Source: Selaginella moellendorffii (Eukaryota > Plantae > Lycopodiophyta). Taken from it: a stretch of DNA of 44,576 nt. Below the pieces are notes generated by a model. That model saw only the letters and a program-made list of their open reading frames with translations. It was not told where the DNA came from and made no database searches. Below, one piece after another: positions 37,268-44,576 of the stretch (position 1 is the stretch's first letter; each line of letters starts with the position of its first letter). The position numbers and the translations under genes are program-made. The stretch covers positions 601,816 through 646,391 of the forward strand of contig NW_003314313.1 of the NCBI RefSeq assembly GCF_000143415.4, given 5' to 3'.

Positions 37268-40200
37268 TCCTAATGATGGATATTGGCAAATGTTTTATGA
37301 GATTCCTGAGCATGATGGAGGTGGAAGGAGATGGAGTTGTGGATTTCCTGGAGGTTGGAGACAAATGCCTTAGAGCGGGGATTTGAACGAGAGGATTTGG
37401 ATGGAGAAGGAAGTGAGAGATTGAATTGGGGATTTTGGCCAGAGTTTGCAAAGAAGGGGGAAACTCGAAGAGAGGAGTGAACAGAGTTATTATAGGAGAA
37501 CTCAGCAAGGGGAAGGATATCGAACCAGTCATTGTGATGATAGTTGATGAAACACCTCAGGAATTGTTCCAACGTCTGAATTGTTCACTCGGACTGTCTA
37601 TCAGTTTGAGGATGATATGCTGAAGAGAGGTTGGCCTTCACTCCAAGCAACTGCAAGAACAATTGCCAGAAATGAGAGATGAACTGAGGTCCCTGATCCG
37701 AAACCACATCTACAGGAATCCCATGAAGTCGGAAAATTTCCCTGAATACCAGTTTTGCCATGTCCTCGCCTGAAAACTCCTTGGTACACGGCAGGAAGTG
37801 CGCCATTTTTGTGAAGTGATCCACCACAACTAAAATGCTGTTGAAGCCTCTAGAACTCGGAAGATCACTCAAGAAATCCATGGATTCCCAAAGACTTGAA
37901 GGGACCGGGAGGGAATGAAGCAAACTTGAAGGAAGGTGGCGAGGTACCTTATTCCGGGTGCAAGTGTCACAAGAGGTAACAAAAGCTTTGATGTAGTCAT
38001 CCATGTGAGGCCACCAAAAGTCCCGTGCAACTAGCTCATAGGTTTTCGCAATGTCGAAGTGACTAGCAGTTGGGCTATCGTGGCACGCCATCAGGACCAA
38101 CCTTCGAGCATCACCTTCAGGAACATAAAGCTGCTCCCCACGGTACAACAAGCCATCTAAGAACTCAAACTCGTCAAATTGCCGGTAATCAGGAGTCACT
38201 GGGTGTCCAGCCTGAAGATGGGGGAAAATGTCGTTGGTGAGGTCATCAGATTGAAGATCGTTTTTGATCGCATCTATCAAGGAGGAGTCCTGAGGGGCCA
38301 GGGAAATGGCCATAACTTGAAGCCGATCAGGACCGAGGATAACCTGATCCTATTGATCGAAGGCAGGATTACCAAGCCTGAGACTGAGATAGGAGTGCCT
38401 TGAAAGAGCATCAGGAAGGCCTTGAAGCTTTCCAAGTCTGTACTTGATAACAAAGTCAAACCGACTTAGGAATTGTGCTCACCTTGCTTGACGACGGCTC
38501 AAAACTTGGGAAGTGGCAAAGTACTCGAGATTTTTGTGATCCGTTCAGACTGTTGTTTGATAGCCCGCCCCCTCCAAAAAACGACGCCACTCTCCAAAGG
38601 AATCCACGATGGCAAGGAACTCCTTGTTGTGGATTTCGTAATTGATCTCCGTAGACTAGAACTTCTGAGAATGGAAAGCGACCGGATGAAATTCCTGATC
38701 CGCTCCGAGTTGAGACAGCACAGCACCGATGGCAAAGTCGGAGGCGTCAGCCTCGATGAAGAAAGGCAACGTGGATCAAGACGGGAGTAGAACTAAAGGC
38801 CACCTTCGAAGGCCTGCTGGGCAACAGCAGACCAAGAGAAGGGAACATCATTGCGAGTGAGATGCGTGAGAGGAAGGATAATGTCAGAGTAGTGATCAAT
38901 GAATTTGTGGTAGAAGTTGGCGAAGCCAAGAAAAACCTGAACGTCTGACATTGATTGTGGAGGCTCCCATTCGAGAATAGTTTTGACTTTGGCAGGATCC
39001 ATCGTGATACCCTCAGGAGTGACAATGTACCCAAGGAACTCCACAGACTCCTGATCGAAGGAACATTTCTCAAGCTTCGCGTATAGGCCGTGTTCCTGCA
39101 GCTTCGCCAGCACCTTGTGCACATGCTCATCATGCTCCTCCTGAGTTTTTGAGTAGATGAGGATGTCATCGAGGTAGACGATCACCATCTGATCAAGAAA
39201 CTCCCGAAAGATGTCATTTGCCATGTGTTGGAAAACTGCTGGAGCATTTGTCAAGCCAAATGGCATGACAATGTTCTCAAAGTGGCCATGGCGGGTTCGA
39301 AACGCAATCTTCCATTCATCGCTAGGCCGGATCCGTATCAGGTTGTATGCTCCACGGAGGTTGATCTTGGTGAAGAAACATGCACCGCCAAGGCTCCAGC
39401 CGGGGACTGCGAATGCTGAATGTACCCCGAGGCAAGGTTCTCATCCATATACTCTTTGAGGGCCTTAAGCTCGAACGGGGATAACCCATAGATAAGCCCC
39501 CACGGAGGTGACGCTCCTTCTTGTAAATCAATGGGACAGTTATAAGGTCAATGAACAGGCAATACACTAGCTTTTTTCTTGTCAAACACATCCCCAAAAT
39601 CATGATACTTCTCAGGAAGACTGACAGGAGAAACATGCAAAGCAAAAAGGAAAATAAGTTCTTCATGAAGGAGTTCTTTCATAGTGATTATGGAGATAAG
39701 AAGAGGCGTACGACTAAATGGAATGATGAGACAAGGATACTGTTCAGTGTAAGATGGAAGAGAGGAAAAATAAAAGAGTGAAAACTTCGTAAAGTCAGGA
39801 ACAAAACCCCGATTTGCGTTTAGGGAACTTTTCTTGATTCGGACTCAATGAACAGCAAGGGAAGCCGTGGGAGATGGTGATGTGGGAGAGACGAGCTGTA
39901 ATTCCTTCCAACAGATTTGAGGCTGGTGTAGTTGGAACCAAGGAAGGCCGAGCACCACAGAGGAGGACTTGCTGTTAATGATGTTGAAGGCGATATCGGT
40001 GATGGTGGACCCGATGTGTACTCAAACAGGCAACGTTTCCCTAAGTCCAGAAGATGGAGACACAAAATGCCCGCCGATGCCTTTAACCCTCAGATCCCGT
40101 ATAGTAGGAGAAAGAGGAATATGATGTCAGGTAGCAAAGTCTGTGTCCATGAAGCAGGAAGTTGCACTCGAGTCCAGTAGCGCCAGAGCCTTGAGTCCTG

Positions 40201-40274
40201 ATTGTTTGGTGAAAGAAAGGAGACATGGGATGTGGAAGTTGCAGGAATTGGTGGTGGCTTTGAAGGGGGGGTGG

Positions 40275-43200
40275 GGGGGGTTATGAAGGGTTCCAAATGT
40301 ATAATAAGGATAGTGGTTGGAATGTATGTCCGACCATTTAAGACATTAGTTTGGCTCTTGCTGGGCTATGTTGCTCTTTGTTTTGCATCTGGCTTAAGTC
40401 TAAGCCCAAGCTTTACACTACTCTAGTCGGTGGAGTACCCTCCTTCTCGCATTAGGCCACTAGGATGCCAAAATCATGCCAAATACCGTATGACACTATT
40501 TTGCATGTAAGTGCTAGATATGGGGAGTTGATGCTAATGGGATTGTACCGGACCCTCGTTCTATAGTGCAACAAGCTTGAAGTTCAACTTTAAATTCAAG
40601 TGCGCTACATTTGATATCAAAGGAATTGTCATAGTGATTCTTATCCAACTTTTGTTGGATTTTCTAACTTAAGTTGCATACATAAAGACTTTACTAGTAG
40701 ATCTGAAGTGACCTGTGTAGGATTAATTAGATTGCACCATTCAGTAAGAACATTGTATGTATGTTCAGCTACTGATAGAGGCATGCATGCAACTAGTGGA
40801 ATGATGAAAAGGAATTGTGTTAATGATGCTGAAACTTCTAAATGGGTGAATCAAGAGGAAGAAACTCCTACTAGAGATGCTGCAAAAGAGGTTAAGGTTG
40901 AGTCAGAAGAGGAAGAGATGCTGCGACATTACAACATATGGCTCAGGAAGTTAAGATTGAGAATTTGCGAAGGGAAATTTGCAAATTGAAGAAGGAGAAC
41001 AAGAAGAAGAAAAAAGAATCTAAGCCAGCTAAATCAACTAAACCTAAGCAATTGGACTTCTTTTCAAGTTTTGAGGACGATGAAGTTTTGCAACTGCCCC
41101 CAATTGCATGAGTTTCAAAGTTCAAGCCTCCAAAACCACTCAATTTCAAAGGCATGTAGAACTATTAGGTTTTGGAAGACTGGGTCTACGATATGGAAAA
41201 CTATTTCATAACAACAGATATAGACAAAAGTTGCATGCATACAATCCTTTCTCACCGATTATGCCAAAACTTGGTGGCGCCAGCTGTGTGCTAAAAAAGG
41301 TAGGATAGAAGTTGGACCAAGATGCAATCTTGTATCCATAAGGAATACTTGTTGGACAATCTTGGTTCGGGACTTTGAGCGGAATTGCAACAATTAAAGC
41401 AGTGAAGGGACCTTATACATTATGTTAATGCATTTGCTTAGAAGCACATTATAATTGCAAATATGAGTGACAAAGATGCTCAGAATTATTTCTTGGAAGG
41501 TTTAAGTTCACTTTCTTGCAATAAGATTTTGAAGTTTAAGCTGAAAACATACCTAGAGTGTATAGAGACAGCATAACAAGTTGCTTTTAGTTACTCACTC
41601 ATGGAATAGTATCAACAGTCGTATATTAGTAACTTAGACAAGAATAAGAACTCTAGAAATAAACAAGGTAATTGGAAATAGAGGGTGGAAGGAAAGTTTT
41701 GCCCTAGAGGCTCACAAGCAACAATTAACAAAGGTGGTGGTTGGTGACCACCAGCAGCTTCTTTTGGTCCTAGTCCCTCTGTTCTTCCTCCTGGTGGGTA
41801 CAAGCAACAGGAACTTGTGAAACCTACTCCTAGTGGAATGGGTAATATGAGTCATTGCTTGCATTGTGGAAAGACAGGACATAGGTCCTTGGAATGTCCC
41901 AACAAACATAAGACAAGGTCTGTTGTTAATGTCATGAGGGAAGATGGTGGTGGTGAAGTTGAAGGGGTTGATGAGTTGGTTAATGTAAACTATGAGGAAG
42001 AAGAGGTGAGTTACTTTCGTTACTTTTCTCAAGCTTTTTTCGTAATCAATGCAAACAATGATTCATTGATGTATTTGATAGGCTTTGTTTGTGGACACTA
42101 AATCTGAGTGATGATTAATACAGAAGCTATGCACATCATGATATCTGAAGATTTAGTTAAGTTGTTCACTTAAATAGTCTTATTGGAATATCACTCACAA
42201 ATTTTTTAGCTACTTGCCCATCTTCTGCAAACTGGAAGTGTATGGGTGACATTTGTTTAGCATTCAATCTTTGGCTTTGGTCTTTATTTAAATACTTGTT
42301 AGCACTTACTTTATATGCTTACTTTGCATGAATCAAGTTTCAATCATAGAAAGAGTGGACTTGGTAGTGCTGAAGATTCCAGATTTTTAGATGGTGTTTG
42401 GTATGGATTTCTTCAACAAATATATAAAAAGGATTTATGGTGCTGGACAAAGTCATATCACATTAAGGTCAAAAGGACATTTTGATGTGTCGTTTTAGTT
42501 GCAAAAGCGCTCCTTAAAGGATTGCGATGCTAAATTCCTGATTGTGAGAGCCGCTTAAAAAGTAGTTAAGAAGGGATGTTAAACATTTTGGGTTCAAGTG
42601 ATGGAAGCTAAAGGTGATGGTGACTCAATTCGAATTGGTGACAGGGTTGATCTTGTACCAAAGGAGATATTAAAGTTGTTAGCATGGAATCAAGTTATCT
42701 TTTCAAAGGATTTGCCACTAGAGCTACCTCCTAGCTATGAGGTTGATCATCAAATTAAGGTTATTCCGAGTACTAAACCACCTATAAAGGCTTCATATTG
42801 TTTAAATATCAAAGAGATGACTGAACTCAAAAAACAACTCATAGAGGTTCTTAACAAAGGTTATATCCAACCAAGCAAGTAATCTTATTTATGGAAAGTG
42901 TCTAAATTTTCTCATTTGGCATATCTATGAAATGTAAAGATTGTTCTAAACACAATGGTGTTCATCCTATGTCCAAATTCACAATCTAGGGATATTTCAT
43001 ATTTAATAGGTTTCAAACTTGTCCTAAAGATTAACTTTTGGTATTAAAGGTGGTTAAGGGTGAAAGCCCAAAGTGTGTGTTCTTCAAGAGGGGGGGTATA
43101 ATAAAGATAGTGGGATGTATAGTAAGGATAGTGGGTAGGTTAGATATGGTTGACCAACCTGAGGTATAGTTTAACTTTGACTTGCATGCCCGTCCTTATT

Positions 43201-44576
43201 CTACTTCCGGCTTGGGTTTAAGCCCAAATTCCACACCATACTAGTTTAGTAAAGAGTCCTCATCTCGTTGTGTCTTGCATTGGTTAGTGACAGAAACCCT
43301 CGCATATTGAGTTTAGTCCCTCAATATTGCTATAATATAACATACTGTGTCTGCCAAATGCCCTTGCTATCATGCCCTACGTGTTGGTTCCGTTTTGGAT
43401 CTATATACTATTTATGGTAAGTGTCTAGATCTCCCCAAGAGGCATATTTATAAAGTGTAGAGAGTGTCCTGAATCCTATGGTGTTGTTCTTGCTTCCAAA
43501 TTCACGATTTAGCGCCATTCCATATTTAGTAAGTTTTACACTTATCGCAAAGACTAACTCCTAGTACTAAGGGAGGCTTCAAATGAAAGCCCAAAGCATG
43601 TATTCCTCAAAGGGTGGGGGGGAGTTATGGGGGGTTTCAAATGTATAATAGGGATAGTGGAGTTATAGGGGGTTCCAAATGTGGGATAAGTCAAGTAATA
43701 AAGATAGTGGAATGTATAATAAGGATAGTGGGTACGTCAGGTATGGCTGACCAACCTGAGGTATAATCTAGCTCTCACTTGTGTGCTTGTCTTTGTTCTA
43801 CTTCTGGCTTGGGTCTAAGCCCAAATTCCACACTATACTAGCTGGTAGAGTATTTATATCCTCGTGTTAGGCCATCGATATGCTGAAATAGTGCTAAACT
43901 TTGTTTAGCTCCATTTTGCGTGTTAGTCCTAGCATTGGGATGCTAGATGCTTTATAATTGTTCCAAGTCACTTTGTGCTCTTGTCTCTTTGCTCCTTGGG
44001 CTGAATGCTTGGGAGTTCCTCCGTGCTTCGGTTCATTCGCTCCTTGGCTCCATACTTAGGAGTTTGGCTCCATTACTTTGTTCAGTGGCCCAAGGTCTTA
44101 AAACTCAGATTCCACTCTATTATCCTTGGGACATGTGGCATATGGCACATGGCATATGACATGTGGCATATAAAAGGTTTATGTTCTACTTTGTGGTTAT
44201 CCTATAGTAAATCACCATAGGATAAAGGGTGAAAACCATATGCACTACAAAGGTTACCCAACTTGTGAATCAACTTGGGAGCCTCTTAGGAATTTTACAC
44301 ATGCTCGTGAGATTGTCATGGAGTATGAGAATCGTAATAAAGCCTAGCTTTTGTAAATCTTATAATAAATTTGCAAATCAATAAAGTAATATATTTCTAT
44401 AAATCAACATTTTGTTTCTCTCGTTCATTAGTACTTGGGTCAGTTTTGGTAGGTTAACTTTGGCACTTCGGTGCATAGGTTCAATCCATAACCATGGGGA
44501 TAACTATTATAGACTGATCACAAGTCCCCACCTCTCTCCAATAATTCATTTTTGAAAGGGCCATGGTCGTGTAAAT
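40275..44576 (+). mobile_element. Element B copy 2 (runs off the window end)
   Basis: Colinear with ~3605-7850, including decayed gag (CLHCGKTGHRSLEC), protease, pre-RT segment and LTR-like modules; abuts and truncates element D. Confidence 0.9.

Larger units (their letters stand above)
36368..40265 (-). mobile_element. 5'-truncated Ty3/gypsy chromovirus ('element D', Tcn1/Tf1-sushi-like)
   Basis: Minus strand: protease LALLDSSATSCFMD (~40145-40186), RT MPFGLTNAPAVFQ...VYLDDILIYS, RNase H, integrase HDSPTASH...CDTC / SMDF / SDQGPQF, chromodomain, PPT GAGGAGGGGG (36738-36747), LTR starting TGTCAGGAAT at 36734. Frameshifted. Confidence 0.93.

Overview
Eukaryotic (land-plant) genomic DNA. The ~50-60 bp GT-AG introns, tau-class GSTs and a Tcn1-like chromovirus suggest a non-seed vascular plant such as a Selaginella-type lycophyte (inference). 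The backbone is a tandem array of two-exon tau glutathione S-transferase genes: three intact (1446-2184, 25559-26297, 29603-30341), one frameshifted (23597-24309), plus 5' and 3' relics. A ~19.8 kb nest of Ty3/gypsy-type LTR elements (2916-22747) separates copies 1 and 2. It includes a young non-coding 7.5 kb element with TSDs, a Met-tRNA PBS, satellite-containing LTRs and tandem tRNA T-loop/B-box hairpins, and several solo or partial LTRs of the same family. Downstream of the array is a decayed two-gene block that the ORF track does not reveal: a spliced, highly divergent HECT E3 ubiquitin-ligase gene (minus strand) converging on a small spliced gene with an RNase H1 N-terminal (Cauli_VI-type) domain. 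That block is cut by a chromodomain gypsy element, which is in turn truncated by a second copy of the gag-protease element seen at 3.6-7.85 kb. All family assignments come from manual motif recognition and alignment by eye; no database searches were run.
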